Source of the DNA: Saprolegnia diclina VS20 | Lineage: Eukaryota | Reading direction: 5' to 3' | DNA: 20,000 nt | NCBI RefSeq assembly: GCF_000281045.1 | Contig: NW_008246093.1 | Coordinates: 474,092-494,091 of the forward strand | Part shown: positions 1 through 9,408 of the stretch, piece after piece | Position numbering within the stretch: position 1 is the stretch's first letter | Layout: the number at the start of each line of letters is the position of its first letter | Notes under the pieces: generated by a model | Told to the model about the DNA's origin: nothing | Seen by the model: the letters and a program-made list of their open reading frames with translations, nothing else | Database searches by the model: none | Translations under genes and position numbers: made by a program

Positions 1-170
1 CCTGAAACAACATTGAGGTGGCGAGGGTCCTGAAGCACCTACTAAACGAGCGTACGAACGTACCCTAACAGCACCAAAGTGTTGATAATGAAGCGGGTAC
101 GTTGCCCGTGTCGACACGGATGACACACCATCTTGGAGGCAGCAGATCGCAATGCGAGATTGCCGTTTGC

Positions 171-249
171 TTTTCACGTGGTCAACGTGTGATTTTCACG
201 TGGTCAACGTGTGATTTTCACGTGGTCAACGTGTGATTTTCACGTGGTC
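171..249. repeat. 22-bp tandem repeat TTTTCACGTGGTCAACGTGTGA, 3 perfect copies plus a partial 4th
   Basis: Units start at 171, 193, 215 and 237; each contains the palindrome CACGTG. There are no unique spacers, so it is not CRISPR. Confidence 0.95.
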
Positions 250-334
250 GACACCTTTTCATTTTTCTACAATACAAAGAGAGAGTGATTTCATCGGGAT
301 CCGGCGTGGAAAAGGATTTCCCACTTGCAACCCA

Positions 335-388
335 CATTGGCCAATGAGATATCGGTCACGCGATATGCGCGCAGGCCATTGGCTGATT
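335..388. promoter_or_regulatory. CCAAT-box elements upstream of the ATG at 438
   Basis: Palindrome CATTGGCCAATG (335-346) carries CCAAT on both strands; a second ATTGGCTGA (reverse CCAAT) lies at about 377-385. Confidence 0.45.
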
Positions 389-437
389 TCTACCTGCATA
401 CAGCCTGTCCCATTTGGCCTGAGCATCGACCGACAAA

Positions 438-2721
438 ATGGCGACACCGCAGCGCCCGCTGGGCCTCGAGCTCTCCTACTTTCGCCGCTTTATAGAGCTG
501 CACGGCGGGCGGCGCGCCTTTGAAGGCAAGACGTCGGCGCAGGTGTGCTTTGACTACGTCGTCCCGTACACATCGACGTCAGAGGAGTCGCTCGTCGAGC
601 ACGTCCGCCTCCACACGTCCGACGCGGCGTGCGTGCAGCCCGCGAATTGGTACATTAGCCACGCGTGGGGCTACATCTTCCTCGAGGCGCTCGAGAGCCT
701 CGAATTGTTCTTCCGCGAGCGCTCCATTCACGACCCGGTCGTGTGGTTTTGCGTCTTCAACAACAATCAGCACCGCGCAAGCGAGCATCCGTTTGCATGG
801 TGGCAGTCGACGTTCCAGGAGTCGCTCGCCGCCATCGGCAACGTCGTCATGATCATGCACCCGTGGAAGAACCCGGTCACACTCACAAGATCGTGGTGCA
901 TCTTTGAGGTCTACGTCACGGTGATGGCTGGCGCCAACTTTGACGTGGCGCTAGCGCCCAATCAAGCCACCCGGTTCTTTGACGATATCCTTACGGACAT
1001 GAGCGCATTCTACAAAATGCTCGCAAACGTGAGCAGCGAAGCAGCGCAAGCCACAGTGCCGACCGACAAGACCAACATTGATCGCGTCGTCACGAGCTCT
1101 GTCGGCTTCACAGGCCTCGACCGCCTCGTCCTCGAGACGTTTGAAGCGTGGATGAAGCGTGTGATCCGCGGGCGCGCCGCGCTGGCGTCGACGGCTCTCG
1201 AAAAAGCGCGGCTCTTGAAGGCACTCGCCGAGTTTGTGTCGCTCAACGGGGCGCTCGCCGAGGGCGAGGCGGTCGGCACCGAAGCGCTCGCACTGTACCT
1301 CGAGGCTGTCGGGCCCGACGACCCCGCCACTTTGTACATGCAAGGTCTCCTCGCCATGTTCCAAGGCCACCAGTACAAGCCGCGCGATCTCTGGGAACCC
1401 ACGCTCGTCGATGTGATGCGCCGGCTCACGGTGCTTCTGGGTCCACTGCACGAAGAGACGCTCAACTGCATGTACCAGCTCGGCATGCTTTACGCAGAAG
1501 TGCTCGACCAGATAGACCACGGGCTCGAGCTGCTCGGCGAGACGCTCTCGCGAATGGTTGAGGTTTATGGCCCCGACCACCCGCGCACCATCGATACGCG
1601 GTTGGTCTTCACCATGTTCGAAGCGATCCGGTCGCAGAACGACAACGCTGTCAACGCTTTGGCCACATGTAACATGGACGCGCAGCGCGTCATGGGCAAG
1701 GACCACCCGACCGCGCTCACGGGCGCCACCTTTCTATCGCTGCTCCGCTCGCGTGCCGGCGGCTCGCACAGCGACTTGCTCGCAACGGACATTGCGACGG
1801 TCGAGCGCCACGAGCGCATCTTTGGTCGGGACCACGTAAATACCCACGCCAGCATTCTCAACCTCGCTACGACGTGCCTCCACGAAGGCGACTACGACCA
1901 AGCGCTCGCGCTTCTCAAGCCACTTGTCGTAAACGGCGATGGACCATTGGATGGCGCGCGGCGCGTGCCCCGCGCGATGGGTACGGCACAACAGATGCCC
2001 GGATAAGAGCTCAACGACCTGCGTAGCCCAGCGTGTCATGGCGGCGGCGTATGAGAAGATCGGCGAGTGTGCGCTGGCGGTCGACGCGTGGGAGGCCGCC
2101 ATCGACGGGTTCCGTCACGTAAACGCCAAGGACGATCTCGCGGGGTCTGTCTGGAGTCTCTACTGGGCGCGCCACAAGGGCGACCTCTGGCCCACTCTAG
2201 CGTGCATTGAGACGCTGCTCGCACACTTGAAGCAAACGGAGCTGCTCCACGAAGGCTGGGGCTCTACGATGTGCTTGGCGTGCGAGCTACCGATGCTCGA
2301 GGGGATCACGTACATCTGCCCCGGCTGCACGATCGACCTTGGCGTTGTCTGCGCGTCCTGCCACGCACTCGTGCCCGACTGCCTCGACTGCGAACGCTCG
2401 GTGCTCTTGCCCACCGAGCCACCGGCCAGAGCGCTCCTCAAGATGCGCGTACAATGGCTCGCAAAAGAAGGACCCTCGGACGCCTTACGCGCCGCCAGCG
2501 ACGCGCTCGCCGAGTACTGTCGTCAATGGGACTTGCCACTGGAGGACCCAGCACCCCAAAGAGTATCGACGCCACTGGAGCGCTTGACAGCAGCCACATC
2601 ATCGACACCACCGACGCCATGCGACGACCCCGAAGCGAATAGAGGATCAATCGTTGGGTGGCTTTGTTGTTGGCGACAACGTCCCCGACACCAAACGAGC
2701 GAGTACAACCACGTCGAATAG
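438..2721 (+). CDS. TIR/HET-like N-terminal domain + kinesin-light-chain-type TPR repeats + C-terminal Cys-rich (ZZ-like) zinc finger, ~745 aa; exons 438-1980 and 2027-2721
   Basis: ORFs 438..2006 and 1939..2721 join in frame through a 46-bp GT-AG intron (1981-2026, GTACGG...CTCAAC...GCGTAG). N-terminal motifs YISHAW, VWFCVFNNNQH and LTRSWCIFE; TPR hallmarks GPDDPATL, GPLHEETL, GPDHPRTI, GKDHPTAL, GRDHVNTH; CLAC...CPGC...CASC...CLDC cluster. Confidence 0.85.
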
Positions 2722-2776
2722 GCGGCAGTGGGAGTAGCGTTCTAGTTGGTCGATGGTAGTCCTAAAGGTTGAGCCA

Positions 2777-3582
2777 CTAATCGAGATGGGTTGTGCTGGG
2801 ACGAGTTAGCGTTCGCAACAATAGCTTGAGCTCGGCGTTGTGGACGACAGCGAGCCAGTCACCGGTCCAGGCGGCGACAACAGAGGCACCCAGGGACCAC
2901 ACGTGGGCGACACCGAGAGCAAACGCCCAGTCCACAATAGCACCTCGCTGCAAGAGCACCGTGGCGCACGCCTCAATACACGGTACTCGGCACAAGTCAC
3001 CGAGAGAGAGTTGAACATGGCGCACGAGCTCGGCCGTGAGAATGTCCAGCACGGGCTTGGTCGGCCGCAATGGCGGCGCGTAGAGCTCAAGCAAAACGGC
3101 TACGAGTTGGTTGATCGAATGAGTCGTTTGCATTCAGTGGTGTAGCAGCAGCTTGCTTTCCGTCACGCGAAACGGGACGCTCGCGATGCGCAAGATACTG
3201 TGCTTGACGTCGCCGAGGCCCGCGGCCAGTACAAACGCCGTGGCGGCGGGCGACGCCTCGATCGCCGTCTCGAGGAGGCTACCGTCACGGAGCTACGGCT
3301 TGCGCGCCAAGAGCTGGCCTACAACCTCGAACGCACCGTGCTGCAACGCATAGCGCACCGCCTCGATCAAGCCGCCTTCCTTGCGGTGCGTCAGAAGAAA
3401 GGCGACAACTGTCCACGCGCGGTGCTGGATCGCGTTCTCCAGCGCCAACATCGTGCAGCCCGCCGCCGATATGTGAGCGCGTTGACTTGACGGTGCAGCG
3501 CCGGCAGCACGTCGCGCTCGTCCAAGAGCGCAGCGGCAATCTCGAGGCGGTCCGTCTTGAGTGCCAACAGAATCGCGTCTGG
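2777..3582 (-). pseudogene. Ankyrin-repeat protein pseudogene, C-terminal part
   Basis: Minus strand reads PDAILLALKTDRLEIAAALLDERDVLPALHRQVN, then a frameshift near 3460, then GCTMLALENAIQHRAWTVVAFLLTHRKEG (oomycete ankyrin-type repeat). In-frame TAG (3293-3295) and TGA (3134-3136) follow, and the frame continues into ORF 2777..3133. Confidence 0.7.
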
Positions 3583-3906
3583 CTTACGTCGTACTTTCTA
3601 GCCGGCTGTGTCAACCGGTTAGTGAAACCGGCTACTTCAGCCAGCCGGCTCGCGGCTATCAATGGCCGAGTGTATGGGGAAAAAAGTCATCTCCCCGCAT
3701 CTCCGGGTGAGTCGCTGGGTGAGTCCCAATGCAAAATCGTACGCCGAGTGTCAAAAGACGGGCCAGCGATGAGGCACTAAATGCGTCGCGTCCAGTTGTG
3801 GTGGACTGTCGAATGTGGCTAATCCAACCAATCGTAACCGATAGGCTGAGCCGGTTCACTACCGGCTGGTGCGCTGGCACAATTGCAGCGTCATCAACTT
3901 GCAAAC

Positions 3907-4206
3907 ACGACGGCGACCTTCCAGCACGTTGTCCTGGAGCAGCCCGACCTCGCGGCCATCGTCTTTGGCTACCAGCCTGGTGTCTGGGAAGACGTGCGCC
4001 CGGCCTTGTTTGCATGCAAGTACCTCGCCACCTTTGACGAGGCCTCGCGCTTTGGCGGCAAGCACAAGCTCGACGCCTCCTCCTACCCGATCTTTACAGG
4101 CACGACCGAGTGGGCGATGACAGTGAGGCCCATATCGGGCGAGTCGCACGAGCTCAGCCGATTCACGCCCGACGAACGCCTTCCGCTGCACGTCGCCATT
4201 GTCGAA
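3907..4206 (+). pseudogene. Ankyrin-repeat family N-terminal fragment lacking an ATG start
   Basis: TTATFQHVVLEQPDLAAIVFGYQPGVWEDVRPA...DERLPLHVAIVE resembles, from recall, the N-terminus of a Saprolegnia ankyrin-repeat family. ACG sits where an ATG would be expected (3907), and the coding-like sequence ends abruptly near 4206. Confidence 0.55.
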
Positions 4207-4317
4207 TCATCACACGCGTGTTTGGTGGTATGAAAACTAGGGTCCTCGACCAAGAGACAAGTTGTCTTTTCTTTTATTCTATACACTTGGTCAATAATTT
4301 ATATATACTCACAATCT

Positions 4318-5964
4318 CTATGCCATCTTGAGAAGGCCCACCGTGTCCATGATCGACTTTGGCTTGGCGCCACCGAGGGCATCGACGACATCAACCATCG
4401 TTGGCCGACGCGCAATGTCTTCCGAGAGACACGCGAGGAGCAAGGCTTGGATCGAGAGCGGCATCGTGGCAGCGGACGGGCCGAGCTCGACGGCCACCAC
4501 GATTTCGTGCCAGGTCGAGCCAATATCCGTCGCTGGCACATCGGTAAACGCTTCCCAGAGCACGTAGCCAAACTCGAGGACGTCGACCGCCATCTCGGCT
4601 TGCGTCGACGCGACGGCCACGGCGCTGAACCCGCCGAGCGTCACGCGGCCGTCGAGGTCCACGATGCAGTGGCGCGTGCTCACGCTGTTGTGGGCAAGGC
4701 CGCACTCGTGCATGTGGGCGAGGCCGGCCGCAATGTCCCGCATGAGATCCGTCTTTTCGTCGTTCGTCAAGCGCTGGCCAAGGTACGTGTGCAGCGTGAA
4801 CGCTTGCTTGTGCTCCGAGACCCAGTGCATATGGTCGTGGAGCTTGGCAACGCCGAGAATGCGAGCAATGCGCGGGTGGTGGCTCATCTGCTGCATGCGG
4901 GCGCTGAGGGCGTCGACGGTCGACGCGTCATGGAGAGCGTCGACGTTGACGGCCGTGCCATTGTAGCTGCCCGTGGTCGCACCGATCGCGACGTCAAAGT
5001 CCTCGGACGCTAGAGTCCGCGCCTGCTCCGTGATGCGCATTGCTTGGCTCGGGTACGCCTGCGTCAAGGCGCCGGCCGCATCCGAGAGCGTCGCAAGCTG
5101 GAACGCAAGTCGGAGGACGTGCGGGCCCGCGACAACGTCCGCAAAGAACGGCTGCCCGAGGACTGTCGCGTCGAGAACGACAACGTCAAAATGAACGTGC
5201 GTCGCGTGGTGGTCCCAGACAAAGGACTTGGTCTCGCCGTCCGCGACGCTGTAGCCGATTTCCGGTACATGCAGCGTCACGTGGACCATTTGCCCGCGCT
5301 CGATTTGGAGCCAAATGGGCAGTGGCGAGGACGCGGCGGCGTCGTAGGTTGCGAGGAAGGCCCAAATCGACAAGCCAAAATGCGACGCTGCGGCAAAGTT
5401 GGGGGGGCCGTACGCAGCAAAATGCACCGCGTCCGCGTAAGATGGCAATAGCGTCTTGTGGCGCACGGTTTCAAGCATCGGCACGTAGCTCTTGCGCTGC
5501 GTCGAGCGGACGCCGTAGAGTGGAAAAAACATGGCGGTCGACGAACTCTGGAGTGTCTTGGCGAGCGTCGTCATGGGGCTCGTCACGTGTGGCTGGAACG
5601 GAGGCGACAGTGGCGCGTCCGCTTCGACTTGATCCGGCGCGACGCTTGCAGGCGAAGCCATGGTTTGGTCGCCCGTGTCTGGCACGTTGTCGTCGTCGTC
5701 GTTTTGCGTCGACGTCGTCGGCGATGCAGGCGCCGAGCTGGCCTCGGACGACGGCAGCGGTGTCACGACCACGAGCTTGACATCCAACGAGTCGGTGACT
5801 GTCGACGCATCGGACGACGACCGTGGTGCGGCCATCGGGGCAAACACCGGGACGTCGGTGGTCGGAAGATCCTTCTTGCGCGGCAAGGACTTGGACACAG
5901 GTGCGTGACGGGGCTGGGGCTCGAGAACCAACGCCGAAGAGTCCTTGGACAGGCAGGTCCCCAT
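4318..5964 (-). CDS. TKL-like pseudokinase with MGxC N-terminus, low-complexity linker and a beta-rich pre-kinase domain, 548 aa
   Basis: Long ORF; likely start MGTCLSK at 5964. Kinase-fold remnants HPRIARILGV, DIAAGLAHMHECGLAHNS, DVLEFGYVLWE, CLSEDIARRPTM; catalytic motifs are degenerate. Confidence 0.8.
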   Translation of the reverse strand: MGTCLSKDSSALVLEPQPRHAPVSKSLPRKKDLPTTDVPVFAPMAAPRSSSDASTVTDSLDVKLVVVTPLPSSEASSAPASPTTSTQNDDDDNVPDTGDQTMASPASVAPDQVEADAPLSPPFQPHVTSPMTTLAKTLQSSSTAMFFPLYGVRSTQRKSYVPMLETVRHKTLLPSYADAVHFAAYGPPNFAAASHFGLSIWAFLATYDAAASSPLPIWLQIERGQMVHVTLHVPEIGYSVADGETKSFVWDHHATHVHFDVVVLDATVLGQPFFADVVAGPHVLRLAFQLATLSDAAGALTQAYPSQAMRITEQARTLASEDFDVAIGATTGSYNGTAVNVDALHDASTVDALSARMQQMSHHPRIARILGVAKLHDHMHWVSEHKQAFTLHTYLGQRLTNDEKTDLMRDIAAGLAHMHECGLAHNSVSTRHCIVDLDGRVTLGGFSAVAVASTQAEMAVDVLEFGYVLWEAFTDVPATDIGSTWHEIVVAVELGPSAATMPLSIQALLLACLSEDIARRPTMVDVVDALGGAKPKSIMDTVGLLKMA

Positions 5965-7081
5965 ACTGCTGGTGGTGGTGTAGATGACGGGGCAAATTGA
6001 ATTGTTGTTGGGTGCTCGCACTACGGTATCAACGGACCTGCCGTTGATGCGCCAAAGACAAGATCGCGGGCGGGATGTCACATTGCACTTGGTGTCTCTT
6101 GATTTCAGTATACCACGTCGGCTGGTCGTTTGCATAGAAAGTGCAATCGTCGGGAGCTGGTGCATATCTCAATACAACGTGCAAAATACACGTATGGTCG
6201 TCTCATGCAGCATGTCCTGCACATGGTCGCGATCGTCGTGTCGCTGCCCGTGGACATACACTGCCCCTTGCGCCGATGGCATAAAAGCTACCGCGCCAGA
6301 GACAACGCGACCACGCTGGAGCGCTAGATCCCACGTTGAAGGCGCGTATGCGTCATTTTCAGCACACGCAATGGGTGGGTCAATTGCCGTGCGGCCAGTG
6401 TGGCGCCAGGAGGCAAGCAGGGGCAAGGCGGCACGCCAGAGGTCCCGATTATGCAACCTGTCGTTGAACGCCGCATAGACCCGTCACCAACATGGAAGGG
6501 TTGGCGACTAGTGTTCTTGGAATTTAGTGGTCGTGGCGGAAGCAAGTTGAAGCGCGGTGGACTGTCGGCGCGACAAGGCGTCTGCGAACACGACATTTTA
6601 CGTGGTTTCGACGCTGTGGGTCAAAAAGGGAGTTCTTGTCGACTTCGTTTAGTCTAGCGGTTTAGCCACTGCTTTACCACTAGGTAGATCCGGGACAAGA
6701 GAGAGAGCCCCACTTTCTGATTCTGTGCATGGTCCTCCCTTACCACTATCGGCCCATCTCGGCCAGGCACGTTGGTACTATTTCGGATACGTCAAGGCAG
6801 AAATTTGGGAATGGATGAAGCGTCGATACCCGGTAGTTAGCTCGACAAAAGCAGCACGGGTAATCAGAGCACTCATACCGAGGTGACATTTGAAGTTTAG
6901 ACTTTGCATTGGCCATGCAGGACCCGACACACGACATTTGCGAGGGCTTCGGCGTGCATTAGACGGCGCGACTAAACTCTCGGTGGCTAACGACACCAAG
7001 AGTTTATGTACTCTTGGACGACACCCACTAGACCTAGCCAATGTGTACACAGCAAACAAAAAATACTGTACTAGTATTATG

Positions 7082-7828
7082 TTACTCGGCAACGTGGCTG
7101 CTCGGCAACTCGGCGGACGCGGCTGCGTGCTCTTCAGATGTTGACGCGTCCAACGTTGAAGTGGGCACCTCCACGTGCGTACTCGTGGGCCGCGACATGA
7201 TGTCGGACCGGATCGCGTACTTGATGCCCGCTTGCACTGGCTCGCCCGAGTGGAACACCCGGTGCTGGAAGATGAGGACGCGGCCCGGCTTGGGCACAAC
7301 GTGCATCTCGCCCTCTCCGATCCACATGCCAGTCTCGCCGCCCGCCTCGATCGAGTTCAAGTAGAACTGCACGGTGAGCACCGAGTACTCGCCGTCGCCG
7401 CGGTTATAACAGCCATCGTAGTGAGGGGAGAAGTGGTGGCCGACGCCGTAGCGCAGAAATCGAAGGCACTCGTTGATGCCAACCAAAGTTCGGTTGCCAA
7501 AGGTTGCAGGAAGATGGTCCTTGATACGGTGCCACAAGGTCGTAGCGGTTGCCGTGTCGTTCAGAATGCAGCGGTCGCTGTGCCGAATCTCAGGACGGAG
7601 CTGTTGGACGCCGTAGCCGACGTGGGTCAGCGCAGCCTCGTAGCCCTTGGCGCTCGCCTCAGAGAATGCAATGAGCTTCTCGCACTCGTCCCGTGTCAAG
7701 ACGTTGTCGAGGACAATGACCAAGTTTCCTTTCGTGTCGATCGAGAGAGGTTGGGCTTCGACCAACACAGGCGTCCACTCGGCGGCAGTGAGGCAGTCGA
7801 CAAGATTAGGGGCAGGTGGGGTCGACAT
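7082..7828 (-). CDS. 2OG-Fe(II) oxygenase (prolyl 4-hydroxylase-like), 248 aa
   Basis: LDNVLTRDECEKLI, FLRY, HYD (HxD), YLN...GGET, PKPGRVLIFQH, HSG (distal His) and KYAIRSD; likely start MSTPPAP at 7828. Confidence 0.9.
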   Translation of the reverse strand: MSTPPAPNLVDCLTAAEWTPVLVEAQPLSIDTKGNLVIVLDNVLTRDECEKLIAFSEASAKGYEAALTHVGYGVQQLRPEIRHSDRCILNDTATATTLWHRIKDHLPATFGNRTLVGINECLRFLRYGVGHHFSPHYDGCYNRGDGEYSVLTVQFYLNSIEAGGETGMWIGEGEMHVVPKPGRVLIFQHRVFHSGEPVQAGIKYAIRSDIMSRPTSTHVEVPTSTLDASTSEEHAAASAELPSSHVAE

Positions 7829-8075
7829 GGTGTGATTTGAAGCATGAAGCCTCGCCCTGACGCTGCTCTGATTGTTGATCGAATCTATCAAGTCCGTCCA
7901 TAAAAATGGCTCAAATATATCGCGCGTGTCGCAACCGGATTTATTGAATGATCGATATATTATCAACTTGATATTTCACTGAAATGTGTCGAATAAATGT
8001 GTATACACGGACGACATGTATTGGAACCTCTAGTTTTCCAGTACTTCGTCCCCGAACGACTATGTAATATAGCAT

Positions 8076-8743
8076 TTACATAGTTGTGGTATCGGCACGC
8101 GGTCGGGACATGATGTCGGATCGGATGGCGTACTTTCGACCGTCGAGGACGGGCTCGCCCGAGTGGCACACCGGCTCGTGCGCAAAGATGAGGACGCGCC
8201 CGGGCCGAGGCTCCACAAGAAATGGCACGTCGCTCTTGTCGTCGAGCCAGAGACCCGTGCCGCCACCAGAAGCCACGCTGTTGAGGTACACTTGAATGGT
8301 GAGCACCGAGTACTCGCCATTGCCACGGTCGTACGTGCCGTCGTAGTGGGGCTTGAACTCGTGGCCGACGTCGTAGCGCAAAAACCAAAGTCGCTCGTTG
8401 ATGCCAACCAAAGTACGGTCGTCAAAGGTGGACGGCAGGTACCCATTCAGGCGGCGCCAGAGAATGTCGGCTGTCTCGACGTCGTCGAGGATGCAGCGCT
8501 CGTTGTTGCGGACATCCGGTCGGTACGCCTGCCGACCACCCCCACGTTAAGCAGCGCACGCTCGTACCCACTTGCTTCAGAGAATGCAATGAGCTCAAGA
8601 CACTCGCGCGGCGTCAAGACGTTGTCCAGGATCAGAACAAACGGGCCGTCGGGTGGTGCGACAGCCGGGTGCACTTGAATGGCCGGAGATACCGTGCTGT
8701 CGAGGCAGGTCGACAATCGAGCGGGGACGACAGAATGTGGCAT
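8076..8743 (-). pseudogene. Second tandem 2OG-Fe(II) oxygenase with a single 1-nt deletion in a G5 run (pseudogene or sequencing error)
   Basis: Adding one G at 8539-8543 gives NVGGGRQAYRPDVRNNERCILDD, collinear with the paralog's HVGYGVQQLRPEIRHSDRCILND, and a 222-aa ORF with intact HYD, HSG and KYAIR motifs. Confidence 0.8.
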
Positions 8744-9050
8744 ATTGGTCGAGCTACTGCTTGTTCAGCCACCCCTCTGCCACTTGTTGGTGAATGCCAA
8801 GTATAAGACGGTGAGATAAGAATCAGGAGTGATGGTCGGTATCTTTTGAGGTGAATGATGGTGCTTTGTTGAGCACTGTGCCTTGGTGAGTTCCCTGGGG
8901 AGTTCCACGGTGAGGTCTGACTCGTGGCCTCAAATAATCCCGTGTGCTACTACTCTCTAGACGTGCTAGTTTCTCTAGAATGGTGTACGGTATGTGTACC
9001 AAGCGTACGATTCCTTGGCGCTACAATATCATCAAAAATGGCAAAAACAT

Positions 9051-9122
9051 CGGTCCCACCGGGCTTCGATCCCGGATTGCCGGGCCATAAGGCCGGAGTG
9101 CTGCCACTTACACCATAGGACC
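9051..9122 (-). tRNA. tRNA-like gene A (Gln-like body, A54 T-loop, aberrant anticodon arm, nominal anticodon TAT)
   Basis: GGTCCTA-TG-GTGT-AAGTGGCA-GCAC-T-CCGGC-CTTATGG-CCCGG-CAAT-CCGGG-ATCGAAG-CCCGG-TGGGACC-G, a 72-nt cloverleaf with A and B boxes, followed by two TTTTT runs. Confidence 0.75.
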
Positions 9123-9408
9123 TCTCGCGATGTCGTACGGGACCATCTTACGTACATGTATCGCCAGTCTCTGATGGGAATAGACGACCATCCCTTGTGC
9201 CCACCAACGAGGATGTTGAAGCCAAGAACGAGCGACTCTTCAGCATTGAGACATCACTCCGTACAGTCTAGCAGCTTCTACCACCGTCGGGATGGCGAGA
9301 CTGGCGAGTTGGGCTCCAGCGGAGTAGCCGTTGGTAGTCCAGTTCCATCTAGAAAAGGGCGCTTCGGGAGAAAATACAATCGTGGTGCTGCAACGCTGAA
9401 ACAAGAGC

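Noticed and set aside
171..249. CRISPR array
   Set aside because: The repeats are contiguous with no spacers, the context is eukaryotic, and there are no cas genes.
1939..2026. Frameshift between ORFs 438..2006 and 1939..2721
   Set aside because: Fully explained by a canonical 46-bp GT-AG intron (1981-2026).
3134..3295. In-frame TGA/TAG as selenocysteine or programmed readthrough
   Set aside because: The same gene also has a frameshift, a missing start and a truncation; pseudogene decay is the simpler explanation.
4328..6000. Numerous overlapping plus-strand ORFs here and antisense ORFs elsewhere
   Set aside because: Shadow ORFs caused by GC-rich codon usage of the real genes on the opposite strand.
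6169..6600. Ty3/gypsy RNase H remnant (minus strand NVVFADALSR near 6568-6597) or a small gene
   Set aside because: The motif has an extra residue, is bounded by stops, and has no flanking RT, integrase or LTR signal; the short ORFs here are unrecognisable.
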